A stretch of 64,000 nucleotides of DNA from an uncultured Chloroflexia bacterium (lineage in GTDB: Bacteria > Chloroflexota > Limnocylindria > Limnocylindrales > CSP1-4). A model generated the notes under the pieces. That model worked only from the letters and a program-made list of their open reading frames with translations, was not told the DNA's origin and made no database searches. Location of the stretch: the NCBI GenBank assembly GCA_963725875.1, contig CAVRZZ010000004.1, positions 279,758 through 343,757 of the forward strand, read 5' to 3'. Positions within the stretch are counted from its first letter, which is position 1. Each line of letters begins with the position of its first letter. Both the position numbers and the translations under genes were made by a program. Positions 7,378-16,015 of this stretch are shown here, one piece after another.

Positions 7378-8948
7378 CCGTCACTGTCGGTGGCCCCGGC
7401 CTGGGGCGGGGTGCCGATGGACCGCCCGCCCGGTTCGACGCCCGGTTCGACGCCCGGTTCGACGCCCGGTTCGACGTGCGGATCGCTCAGCTCGGCGGGC
7501 GGCGCGACGGCGACGGCAGAGGCGGGGGCGACGGCGGTGGCCACCGGATCAACCGGCGACGGATCGACGGGCGTCGTCTCGACCGGCGCCGGATGGACCG
7601 GCCTTTCGTGCCCGTGACGGTCGTGAGCGGGCTTCGCATCCGTCCTGAGCTCCTCGTCCTCCGACTCCACCCAGGCCACACCCGCGTCCACCATGGAGGG
7701 CGCCGGTTGACTTGACGCGAGGAACCCGCCGGCGAGGTGGCCGGTGTGCTCGCCCATCGGCAGGTACCGCTCGGCAAGGGTGTAGGCCAGCCCGAAGAAC
7801 CCGAATGCGCCGAGCACGATCGCCGTCTCGACCAGCGTCGGCGCGTATTCCGCGAAGGGATCGGAGACGACGCCGCCGACGGCGGTCCCCGGGACGATCT
7901 GGCCGGCGCTGACGAAGATCGCGCGGTCCGCGAAGATCCCGAGGAAGACCAGGCAGCAGGTGGCGAAGAGTCCCGCCGGCGTCCGCGTCCGCGGCAGCAG
8001 CACGAGGACCAAGGGGACGACGAGCCCGAGGCCGATCCGAACGACCCAGAACCAGAACGCCAGCGGCCCGGCGAAGATGGCCCGGTTCGCGTCGGCGAGT
8101 CCGGGGATCGCCCCGTACATCCCCCACAGGATCTGCCAGACGATGACGAGCGCCATGACGACCAGCCCGATCGACATGAGGAGGCGTATCGCCGGGATCG
8201 CCAGGGTGAGGGCCCGCTCGTAGCCCGCCAGCCGGTAGCGGTGGACCAGGTAGAAGACGATCCCGAGGAGCGCCGTGCCCGAGAGGACCGCCATCGTCAC
8301 CATCGCCGGCGGCGTAAAGGCGCCGTGCCAGTACGGCCGGGCCGCCAGGACGGCGAAGACCGCGCCCAGCGTCGTCGGCGCCACGACCGCCGTGATCGAC
8401 GAGCAGACGCAGGCCCAGCGGTGGACGCCCCAGTGGTTGGTGAAGATGCTCCAGACCTCGACCATGAGGAACACCAGGTAGACGCCGTAGAAGACGCCCA
8501 TCCACCACATCGGCGAGAACGGCGACGGGCTGAGCACCGCGCCGAAGACCATGCTGATCGGGTAGTGGAGGTCGAGGGCGATGATCCCGAACGCGGTGAT
8601 GAGGGTCAGCAAGGCGAGGACCGCGTGCCGCTTCTCGAGCGGCAGGAACATCTCGATCCCGAACACGGTGCCCAGCGACGAGGCCAGGCAGAGGCCGCTC
8701 GTCGTGATCGCGAAGAAGGCGTACGCGGTGATGAGGATGCCCCATTCGAAGCTGGGGCTCGTCCCCAGGACCTCCCAGCCGGGGGGCAGGGCGAGCAGTG
8801 CCCCGACGGCGCCGATCGTGCAGAGGACGAGCAGGAAGGCGATCCATGCCTTGAGCGCGCGCGGCATGCTGGCGATGTCGTTGGCGGCGGCGCGCGCGGC
8901 TACCCGCGGGTCGAGGGTCAGGCGGCGCTCGGCGACCTGCGCGGTCAT
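7365..8948 (-). CDS. NrfD/PsrC-family polytopic membrane subunit (quinol-interacting) with a low-complexity cytoplasmic tail
   Basis: Starts 'MTAQVAERRLTL' with ATGA overlap onto the upstream gene. More than 10 predicted TM helices and a typical NrfD-like layout. The C-terminal tail carries (VEPG)4. Confidence 0.8.
   Translation of the reverse strand: MTAQVAERRLTLDPRVAARAAANDIASMPRALKAWIAFLLVLCTIGAVGALLALPPGWEVLGTSPSFEWGILITAYAFFAITTSGLCLASSLGTVFGIEMFLPLEKRHAVLALLTLITAFGIIALDLHYPISMVFGAVLSPSPFSPMWWMGVFYGVYLVFLMVEVWSIFTNHWGVHRWACVCSSITAVVAPTTLGAVFAVLAARPYWHGAFTPPAMVTMAVLSGTALLGIVFYLVHRYRLAGYERALTLAIPAIRLLMSIGLVVMALVIVWQILWGMYGAIPGLADANRAIFAGPLAFWFWVVRIGLGLVVPLVLVLLPRTRTPAGLFATCCLVFLGIFADRAIFVSAGQIVPGTAVGGVVSDPFAEYAPTLVETAIVLGAFGFFGLAYTLAERYLPMGEHTGHLAGGFLASSQPAPSMVDAGVAWVESEDEELRTDAKPAHDRHGHERPVHPAPVETTPVDPSPVDPVATAVAPASAVAVAPPAELSDPHVEPGVEPGVEPGVEPGGRSIGTPPQAGATDSDGWPR
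7425..7480. repeat. 12-bp microsatellite (cccggttcgacg)x4 inside the 3' end of the NrfD-family gene
   Basis: Read directly. Encodes VEPGVEPGVEPGVEPG on the minus strand. Confidence 0.5.
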
Positions 8949-9820
8949 CAGACCACCTCGCCTTCGAGGCCGGTGTACCAGACCCGCGGCCGCGTGCCCA
9001 GGCCCGGCTGCATCTGCCGGACCCGCTTTTCCGTGAGGGCGACGCTCACCTGGCTGGCCGGGTCGCGGAGGTCGCCGAAGATCCGGGCGTTGACCGGGCA
9101 GGCCTCGGCGCAGGCCGGCTCCATCCCGCGCGTGATCCGGTGGTAGCAGAAGGTGCACTTGTCCACCACGCCGGCCACGCCCTTGGGCGTGGACTCGCCG
9201 GCGGGGACGATGTAGCGCGCACCGTACGGGCAGGCGACGATGCAGTATCCGCACCCGATGCAGCGGCCCTCGTCGACGAAGACCACCCCGTCCTCGGCCC
9301 GGAACGTGGCGCTGACCGGGCAGACCCACGTGCAGGGCGGGTTCTCGCACTGCATGCACGTCCGCGGCACGAAGTAGGCATCCCGGATGTCCGCCGGCAC
9401 GCCCGCGTCCTCGGCCGGGAAGCCCTGGCGCCCGCCCTCGGGAGAGGTGATGGTGACGGTCCCGTCCTGGGCGAGGACGTGGAGCTCCACCCAGGTCCGG
9501 TTGATCTCGTCGTCCTCGGGCACGTGGTTCTCGAGCTTGCACGCCTCGACGCAGCGGCCGCAGCCGATGCACGTGGTTGTGTCGATGACGAACGCCCAGT
9601 CGTGGGCCGAGGGGTCGTAGTCCGGGACGGGCGGCACCGGCTCGATCGGCGCCGGCTCGGCCGCCCGCGCGGCCTCTCGCGGCGTGCCGAGCGCCGCCGA
9701 GAGCAGCCTCGCGCCGCACAGCGCGGGGACGGCTGCCAGGCCGACCTGCAGCACGCGCCGCCGCGACAGCGTCGCGCGGGCCACCTGCTCGTCGGTGCCG
9801 GCGATGTCGGTGTCGCTCAT
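8948..9820 (-). CDS. Tat-exported NrfC/PsrB-like 4Fe-4S ferredoxin subunit
   Basis: Twin-arginine signal 'LSRRRVLQVGLAAVPALCGA'. Four Cys clusters (CIGCGRCVEAC, CMQCENPPCTWVCP, CIGCGYCIVACP, CTFC...CAEACP) as in CISM-family iron-sulfur subunits. Confidence 0.85.
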   Translation of the reverse strand: MSDTDIAGTDEQVARATLSRRRVLQVGLAAVPALCGARLLSAALGTPREAARAAEPAPIEPVPPVPDYDPSAHDWAFVIDTTTCIGCGRCVEACKLENHVPEDDEINRTWVELHVLAQDGTVTITSPEGGRQGFPAEDAGVPADIRDAYFVPRTCMQCENPPCTWVCPVSATFRAEDGVVFVDEGRCIGCGYCIVACPYGARYIVPAGESTPKGVAGVVDKCTFCYHRITRGMEPACAEACPVNARIFGDLRDPASQVSVALTEKRVRQMQPGLGTRPRVWYTGLEGEVV

Positions 9821-9830
9821 CGGGACGCTC

Positions 9831-10484
9831 CTACTGGCCGGCCGTGGGCCGCTGGTGGCACGTGAGGCAGACGGCGTCGGCGACCTCCTCGTGTCCGACG
9901 GGGACGGGCTTGAGGCCGGCGGGCTTGTGGCAGGTGATGCAGGCGGGCAGGCTGTCGAGGGCATGCGAGATCTCGGGCGGCCGCACCGCGCTCGCTGCGT
10001 GGCTGTCGTGACAGCCGAGGCAGGGCCCACCCGCGTAGTGGAGGTCCAGGTCGACGACCGGGAAGGCGAGCGGCCTGCCGGGCACCTGCGCGTGGCAGAG
10101 CACGCACAAGTCGGCCGTCGGGGTCTCGATCTCGGCGGCCGCCGCGGCGGCGGCGGCCGCGTCGGTGGCCGTCGCCGCGTGCTTCGCGAGCGGGCCGTGA
10201 CAGCTGTCGCAGGCGACCGTCGCGTGGGCCGACGCCTGCCAGGGCGTGTACTCGGGGAGGTGGCAGGCCTGGCAGACCGCCGGGTCCGCGTACTGCGGGG
10301 CCAGGGCCGCCCACGACCGGGCGCTCTCCTCCGGGTGGTAGCCGAACTCGCCGTAGGCCCACGACGCTGCGACGGCCGCCACGCCGGCGACGGCGACCAG
10401 GGCCACACCCGCCACGGCCAGCCCGATCACGCCCTTCCAGCTCGTGGGGCGCAGCCGCCGCGCGACGGCCCGGAGCTGCGTCAC
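9831..10484 (-). CDS. membrane-anchored hexahaem c-type cytochrome (NrfB/ActA-like)
   Basis: The GTG start overlaps the response-regulator stop (GTGA). N-terminal TM 'GVIGLAVAGVALVAVAGVAAVAA'. Six CxxCH motifs (CQACH, CDSCH, CVLCH, CLGCH, CITCH, CLTCH). Confidence 0.85.
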   Translation of the reverse strand: MTQLRAVARRLRPTSWKGVIGLAVAGVALVAVAGVAAVAASWAYGEFGYHPEESARSWAALAPQYADPAVCQACHLPEYTPWQASAHATVACDSCHGPLAKHAATATDAAAAAAAAAEIETPTADLCVLCHAQVPGRPLAFPVVDLDLHYAGGPCLGCHDSHAASAVRPPEISHALDSLPACITCHKPAGLKPVPVGHEEVADAVCLTCHQRPTAGQ

Positions 10485-11185
10485 AGCTCGGCCGCCTGGA
10501 TGACACCGCGGCGCAGGGCGTACCTGAGGAGGTCCACCCGGTCGTGGAAGCCGAGCTTCTCCATGATCGTGGCGCGGTGGTTGTGCACGGTCTGCTCGGA
10601 GACGTGGAGGGCCCGCGCGATCTCGCGGTTCGTGTGCCCGAACGCCGCGAGGCGCAGGATCTCCCGCGAGCGCTCGCTGAGCGCGTCGTAGGCGTCGGCC
10701 GCCACATCCTCGGGTGGCCGGAGGACGTACGTGTTGACCATTCGGGTGACGATCGCGGGGCTGAGGTACGTCTCGCCCCGCAGGATCCGGTGCACGGCGT
10801 CGAGGACGTCCGACGGCTGCGCCTCGCGGGTCAGGAAGCCGTCGGCCCCGGCCTTGATGGCGAGGGAGAACTGCTCGCTGCCGCAGCGGCACTCGATCGC
10901 CAGGATCTTCGCCGCCGGCTTTGCCGCCCGGATCGTCTCGATGGCCTGGGACGAGACGCAGCCGGTGCCGTCATAGGGGAGGCACTCCGTGATGACGACG
11001 TCGGCCGTCGATCGGGCCACGTCGTCGCGCAGCGCTGCGGGATCCTCGAGGACGCCGACGACGTGGAGGTCGGGCTGGGAGTCGATGACGGCGCGGTACC
11101 CGGCGACGAGCGCCGGGAAGGTGGCGATGCCCAGGAAGACGCCCAGCCGCTGGCCGTCGACCGGCGCGGGCCCACGGTCTCCCAT
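10481..11185 (-). CDS. atypical NarL/FixJ-family response regulator, paralogue of the 5584..6357 gene, also lacking the phospho-acceptor Asp
   Basis: Same 'DVVITECLPYD', 'ILAIECRC' and 'GFLTREAQ' substitutions. The acidic pair is 'AT'. LuxR HTH 'LSERSREILRLAAFGHTNREIARALHVSEQTVHNHRATIMEKLG'. Confidence 0.8.
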   Translation of the reverse strand: MGDRGPAPVDGQRLGVFLGIATFPALVAGYRAVIDSQPDLHVVGVLEDPAALRDDVARSTADVVITECLPYDGTGCVSSQAIETIRAAKPAAKILAIECRCGSEQFSLAIKAGADGFLTREAQPSDVLDAVHRILRGETYLSPAIVTRMVNTYVLRPPEDVAADAYDALSERSREILRLAAFGHTNREIARALHVSEQTVHNHRATIMEKLGFHDRVDLLRYALRRGVIQAAEL

Positions 11186-11206
11186 CGTGCTGCTCGCTGA
11201 CCCGGC

Positions 11207-11533
11207 TCAGCCCTGGGTCGCGGCGCCGTGCGCCCGCTTGTGCAGCACGACTGCCCACACCACCGGCGTGGCAGCCAGGATGATCGCGCTCAGGACCACG
11301 CTGACGGTCGCAGCTTCCTTTCCGACGAAGAAGAGAAGGCCGTAGGTGGCGATGAAGAGGACGATGAAGAGGACGGCCATGCTGAGCACCGTGAGCGCCA
11401 GCCACGGCACGATCAGCGATCGCGCGCCGCCGCCGCCGGGCACGCGCATCAGGGCCACGCCCACGACGAGCAGCCAGATCAGGATCGCTGCCAGGACTCC
11501 AACGCTGTCCATGTCCGTGTCCTCGTCACCCAT
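11207..11533 (-). CDS. small integral membrane protein (3 predicted TM helices), hypothetical
   Basis: 'MGDEDTDMDSVGVLAAILIWLLVVGVALM...'. It lies 21 nt upstream of the response-regulator gene on the same strand. Supported only by hydrophobicity and position. Confidence 0.45.
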   Translation of the reverse strand: MGDEDTDMDSVGVLAAILIWLLVVGVALMRVPGGGGARSLIVPWLALTVLSMAVLFIVLFIATYGLLFFVGKEAATVSVVLSAIILAATPVVWAVVLHKRAHGAATQG

Positions 11534-11749
11534 TCGCGTCGGGCTTGATCCGCCCGACGAAGGTGGACTCTGGGGGTACGGAGCGCCAGAGACTATGGCC
11601 GGTCGGGGTAGAAGTGCCTCAACGTCCGCTATGAACTGGGGCGACGGTCGTGGAGTCACACGGGACGCTCGTCGGAAACTGGGCCACGGCCGTTGCTTTC
11701 CGGCCGACGGCCGTCGACGTCACCGCGACGACGGTGGGGTGTTCGGCCC

Positions 11750-12202
11750 TCAGCCGCCCGTCGAGCGTGAGCGTCCGCGGACCCGCGCGACGCCTCGCGC
11801 GATCCCGTAGCCGATCACCACGGGCGTCCCGAAGAAGAACAGCGCCAGCAGCCCGCTGAACGGGTCGACCGGAACCGGGTTGCCGACAGCTGCCGTGAGG
11901 AGCGGGATCGCGACCAGCCCGGCGACGACCCCGAAGGCCACGAATCCCAGCCCCGGCCACCCGCTCGTGAGGAACCCGGCAAGGAAGCCGGCTGCCAGGA
12001 GGAGGAGCGGCGAGATCAGGACGCCGTTGAGCGCGCATCTCGGGGTGAGGCCGTCGGCGGCGCAGCCGAGGAGGGCGCCACCCAGGAGCAGGCTGCCGAA
12101 CAGCGCCGCGGGACACGCGATGGCCACGAGGACGATCGCGGCGACGTCACGCGCGACGGCTCTGGAACCTCTGCTCACCCGGGCCTCCTCTGCAGCCCCC
12201 AT
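11750..12202 (-). CDS. integral membrane protein, hypothetical
   Basis: 'MGAAEEARVSRGSRAVARDVAAIVLVAIACPAALFGSLLLGG...' with 4 predicted TM helices. No other evidence. Confidence 0.45.
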   Translation of the reverse strand: MGAAEEARVSRGSRAVARDVAAIVLVAIACPAALFGSLLLGGALLGCAADGLTPRCALNGVLISPLLLLAAGFLAGFLTSGWPGLGFVAFGVVAGLVAIPLLTAAVGNPVPVDPFSGLLALFFFGTPVVIGYGIARGVARVRGRSRSTGG

Positions 12203-12319
12203 GATGCGCGATCGATCTCCGTCGATGTGGGCACTTCGGCAGGGTTGCGAGCCTTCGACCCGAGTCTCGACGTGCCCCGGCGACACCCGACCAGGGGCAC
12301 GGGCGTAGCCGCCGTCCGG

Positions 12320-13228
12320 TCAGGCGACGGGGAGCGCCGCGCGCCGTGGCCGCCCGGAGATCCCGAAGCGGGCCGGGCCGGATGCGGGCGGCCGCGCTGC
12401 CCCGCCGACCCGCCCACTTGCGAGCGCCACGGCCGCCAGGAGCATCGAGGCGCCGCCGAACCAGAGCGCGGGCAGGGCAACCATCGCGGCGACCGGGACG
12501 GTCCAGGCCCGGTCCGTCCGGGCGCCCCAGGTCACGATCGCGGCCGCGAACGGGAGGCGCAGCCAGACCGGGATCGGGATCGCGGCCCAGGTCCCGACCG
12601 TCTTGTTCGTGCTCGCCGCCAGCACGTCAAACCAGTCGGCCCACGCCGCGGGGGCGATCGTCCAGGAGACGGCCGCGACCGCCGCCGTCGCCCCCAGGGC
12701 GATCCCCAGGTTCCGCCACTCGTGCCGCACGGCGAACCAGAGGAGCCCGACGCCGGGGGTCACCTTCGTGAGGAGGACGAATGCCCACGCGGCCGGCCAG
12801 CGGAAGCCGGCAACGATCGCGACGGCGAGCAGCAGGTGGATGTTCCCGCCCAGGACCTCGAGGATCGCGAACGCGATCGCGACCGTCCACAGGCGCGCGC
12901 CGCAGAGCCAGCGGATGGCGAGCAGGAGCACCATCGTCCAGGCCGCCAGGAAGCCCTCCCACGGCAGCGCCTTCAGGGGTGCGATCGCCTGCAGGAACGC
13001 CGGTGAGTAGACGTAGGCGATCGGCTGGGTCCAGGTCGAGCGCGCGTACGGGTCAGCCAGGTCTGGGAACCAGTAGCAATAGGCTTCCTGGCCGGTCGGC
13101 CAGGCGGCCTCGGACGGGACCCGGTAGGCGAGAACGACGGCCAGGACGACGAACGCCGCAGCGATCCCCACGGCCTCGCGCCGGATGAGCATCCCAGGTC
13201 GTTGACCGGCGATCCTCGTGATGACCAC
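12320..13228 (-). CDS. polytopic membrane protein, GT87/DUF2029-like putative glycosyltransferase
   Basis: Multiple TM helices and an 'AYCYWFPDLADPYARSTW' loop. A GTG start is at 13228 and an alternative ATG at 13192. The family assignment is tentative. Confidence 0.55.
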   Translation of the reverse strand: MVITRIAGQRPGMLIRREAVGIAAAFVVLAVVLAYRVPSEAAWPTGQEAYCYWFPDLADPYARSTWTQPIAYVYSPAFLQAIAPLKALPWEGFLAAWTMVLLLAIRWLCGARLWTVAIAFAILEVLGGNIHLLLAVAIVAGFRWPAAWAFVLLTKVTPGVGLLWFAVRHEWRNLGIALGATAAVAAVSWTIAPAAWADWFDVLAASTNKTVGTWAAIPIPVWLRLPFAAAIVTWGARTDRAWTVPVAAMVALPALWFGGASMLLAAVALASGRVGGAARPPASGPARFGISGRPRRAALPVA

Positions 13229-13519
13229 CCCCGGGTGGAGAGCTCGCTATGCGTCGGCATCGGCCGGCCACGCACCGGCCGGGCACGCGCCCGCCGGGCA
13301 CATGCCGGTCGACCACGCACCGGCCCGCCGCCAGCATGGTCCGGCAGCGCGCTGGGCCCCAGATCCAAAGGTACCGGACCGATGCAACAGCGGGTGGTGC
13401 CCGATCCGGGTTGGTGACCGACGGCACGGTTCAAGGCCGTCGGAATCGCCCTTGTCGGGGAGGCGCGCGGCCGCGACGGTGAGCATGCCGCCACCGGGGC
13501 GGCGCCACAACGGCCGCGG

Positions 13520-14962
13520 TTGCCGCCGAGGGATGGCATGGCCCACGCCACGAGCAGGGGCGCCTACGGGCACCTCGCGGATCGCCTGAACCGCTTCCCG
13601 CAGGGAGCCCCCCCGTCCGACCTCCTGTACCGCATCCTCGCGCTTCTCTTCAGCGAGCGCGAGGCGGGGCTGGTCGCCCGCCTTCCGATCAAGCCGGTCA
13701 CGCCGGTCGCCGCGGCCCGGATCTGGAAGACGAGCGAAGCCGAGGCGCGCCGCGTGCTCGACGGGCTGGCCTCGCGTGCCGTGCTCCTCGACACGGAGGG
13801 CCCGGACGGGGTCGTCTACATCCTCCCGCCGCCGATGGCCGGCTTCTTCGAGTTCTCGATGATGCGGGTCCGCGACGACGTCGACCAGAAGCTCCTCAGC
13901 GAGCTCTTCTACCAGTACCTCACCGTCGAGGATGACTTCATCCTCAACCTGTTCACCCACGGACAGACGCAGCTCGGACGCGTCTTCGTCAACGAGCCCG
14001 CGCTCGCCGAGAGTGCGGACCGTGCGGCGGGCCCCGGATCCGGTCGTGCGAGCGCCACCGCGGCGCGCCTGTCGGCCGCCCGGCCGCCGGGTGCCGAGCC
14101 GTCGGGTGCCCGGCGGCCGCGTGCCGAGCCGCCTGGTGCCCGGCCGCCCCGTGCCGATGCCGGGCTTCACGTCCTCGACTACGAGCGCGCCAGCGAGGTG
14201 ATCGGCACCGCCGAGCACATGGGCGTCGGCACCTGCTACTGCCGCCACAAGATGGAACACCTGGGGCGGGCGTGCAGCGCCCCGCTGGGGATCTGCATGA
14301 CGTTCGGAGGCACGGCCGACGCGCTGATCCGCCACGGCTACGCCCGGCGCGTCGACCGGACCGAGGGGATGGACCTGCTCCAGGAGGCGTACGACCACAA
14401 CCTCGTCCAGTTCGGCGAGAACGTGCAGCGCTCGGTCAACTTCATCTGCAACTGCTGCGGCTGCTGCTGCGAAGCGATGATCGCGGCTCGCCGGTTCGGG
14501 ATGCTCGACCCGGTGCACACGACCAACTTCCTGCCGCACGTCGGCGACGAGGTCTGCAACGGCTGCGGCAAGTGCGTCGACGCCTGCCCGGTGGAGGCGA
14601 TGACGCTCGTCTCGGCGAACGATCCGGCCAAGCCCCGCAAGCGCCGGGCCTCCCTCGACGCCGACATCTGCCTGGGGTGCGGCGTCTGCACGCGCGTCTG
14701 CCCGACGAAGGGGCTCTGGCTGGAGGCCCGTGCACAGCGCGTGGTCACGCCGGTCGACACGCTCCACCGGACGGTGCTCATGGCGATCGAGCGCGGGCGG
14801 CTCCAGGACTGCATCTTCGACAACCGGGCGCTCTTCAGCCACCGGGCGATGGCGGCGATCCTGGGCGTGATCCTCCGCCTGCCTCCGACGAAGCAGGTCC
14901 TGGCCACGGAGCAGATGCGCTCGCGCTACCTCGTGAAGATCCTGGAGCGGGCCAGCTTCTAG
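13520..14962 (+). CDS. winged-helix plus 4Fe-4S ferredoxin-domain protein with Cys-rich 'CNCCGCCCE' motif (putative Fe-S redox/regulatory protein)
   Basis: N-terminal wHTH-like 'LLYRILALLFSEREAGLVARL...ARRVLDGLASRAVLL'. Two ferredoxin motifs 'CNGCGKCVDACP' and 'CLGCGVCTRVCP'. Extra Cys clusters 'CYCRHK' and 'CNCCGCCC'. Confidence 0.8.
   Translation: MPPRDGMAHATSRGAYGHLADRLNRFPQGAPPSDLLYRILALLFSEREAGLVARLPIKPVTPVAAARIWKTSEAEARRVLDGLASRAVLLDTEGPDGVVYILPPPMAGFFEFSMMRVRDDVDQKLLSELFYQYLTVEDDFILNLFTHGQTQLGRVFVNEPALAESADRAAGPGSGRASATAARLSAARPPGAEPSGARRPRAEPPGARPPRADAGLHVLDYERASEVIGTAEHMGVGTCYCRHKMEHLGRACSAPLGICMTFGGTADALIRHGYARRVDRTEGMDLLQEAYDHNLVQFGENVQRSVNFICNCCGCCCEAMIAARRFGMLDPVHTTNFLPHVGDEVCNGCGKCVDACPVEAMTLVSANDPAKPRKRRASLDADICLGCGVCTRVCPTKGLWLEARAQRVVTPVDTLHRTVLMAIERGRLQDCIFDNRALFSHRAMAAILGVILRLPPTKQVLATEQMRSRYLVKILERASF
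14085..14160. repeat. imperfect in-frame tandem repeat encoding (A)RPPGAEPSGARRPRAEPPGARPPRA inside the Fe-S protein gene
   Basis: 'ccgggtgccgagccgtcgggtgcccggcggccgcgtgccgagccgcctggtgcccggccgccccgtgcc' read directly. It forms a low-complexity insertion between the N-terminal domain and the Fe-S domain. Confidence 0.4.
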
Positions 14963-15424
14963 GGGACCGGCGCGCACCACCGGGGCGTTCCGCCGGGTCC
15001 GCCGTCCCCGCCGCGTCCCTCGCAGCGTCCCTCGCCGGGTCGCCGCCGTGCCGCCGCCCCGCCCGCCGCCCCGTCCGCCGGGTGCCGGTTTGAGTTCAAC
15101 GCAACACCGGGTGCGCTCGGGGCGCCGGCGTGCGGGGAACCTGCGTTCAACGTGAGGATTCCCGCATCCGACGGCGCATCGAGCAGGAAGCTTGCGTTGA
15201 ACGTCGGTAATCCGGCAGCTCGGGCGCTCCGGCGCGTCGAGTTGTGGAGTTGGACTCAACGGGGCCAAGGTGGGCCCCGACCCTCGGCCCATGCCCGGCC
15301 CCAGCCCGGGCCCCCAGCCCGTCGTCGAGCAGCGGACCCGGCCGGATGGCCCTGTACCGCCGGGGGCGAGCGGCGAAAGATCGCGGTGAGCGCACCTACG
15401 GCAGGTGCAACATCGCAGGGCGTC

Positions 15425-16015
15425 ATGCGTTTCACCCGCATGGACAGCGTTTCCGCGCCGATGGCGTCGGACGAAGCGCCGCCCGCCCTCGAGCGGGCGC
15501 GCGTCGCCGGGCGCGCCGACGAGGTCGAGCTCGCGACGATCTACGAGGAGCGCCGAGGCGAGCTCCTGGCCTTCCTCGTCGGCATGACCCGCGATCCGTC
15601 CGTCGCGGAGGACCTCCTGCAGGAGACGTTCCTCCGGCTGGTCCGGGAGGCGCGCGCGGGCCGAATGCCCGAGCAGGTCCGGCCGTGGCTCTACCGGACC
15701 GCGGCCAACGCCGCGATCGACCGGGGTCGCCGGGGCGCGAGCCTGGCCCGCCTCCTGCCGCGCCTCCTCGATCGCTCCGACCCGCCACGGCCCGAGAGCG
15801 AGTTCCTGCGCTCCGAGCGCGACGCCGAGCTCCGCGCAGCACTCGGGAGGCTTGCCCCCGACCGGCGCGCCGCCCTGCTGCTCGCCGCCCGCGGCTTCAG
15901 TGGAACCGAGGTGGCGGGCCTCATCGGGCGCACCGACGGCGCAACGCGCACGCTCCTCTGCCGCGCCCGCCTGGAGCTGCGCGGCATCCTCGAGGCGACG
16001 GAGATCCGGCCATGA
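15425..16015 (+). CDS. ECF (sigma-70 family group IV) RNA polymerase sigma factor
   Basis: Region 2 'ELLAFLVGMTRDPSVAEDLLQETFLRLVREA' and region 4 'RRAALLLAARGFSGTEVAGLIGRTDGATRTLLCRAR'. The ATGA overlap with the downstream anti-sigma gene supports co-translation. Confidence 0.85.
   Translation: MRFTRMDSVSAPMASDEAPPALERARVAGRADEVELATIYEERRGELLAFLVGMTRDPSVAEDLLQETFLRLVREARAGRMPEQVRPWLYRTAANAAIDRGRRGASLARLLPRLLDRSDPPRPESEFLRSERDAELRAALGRLAPDRRAALLLAARGFSGTEVAGLIGRTDGATRTLLCRARLELRGILEATEIRP

Noticed and set aside
5353-7617. 754-aa plus-strand ORF spanning the response regulator and octahaem cytochrome region
   Set aside because: It is antisense to two well-supported genes, arginine/glycine-rich, and has no domain signal.
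7737-9146. 469-aa plus-strand ORF antisense to the NrfD and NrfC genes
   Set aside because: It has a highly charged low-complexity (D/E/R) translation. The opposite strand carries clear TM and Fe-S motifs.
15100-15250. Repeated GTTCAACG/CGTTGAAC motifs upstream of the ECF sigma gene
   Set aside because: Four loose copies are present but with no consistent spacing or dyad symmetry. They could be chance in this short region. Left as a note only.
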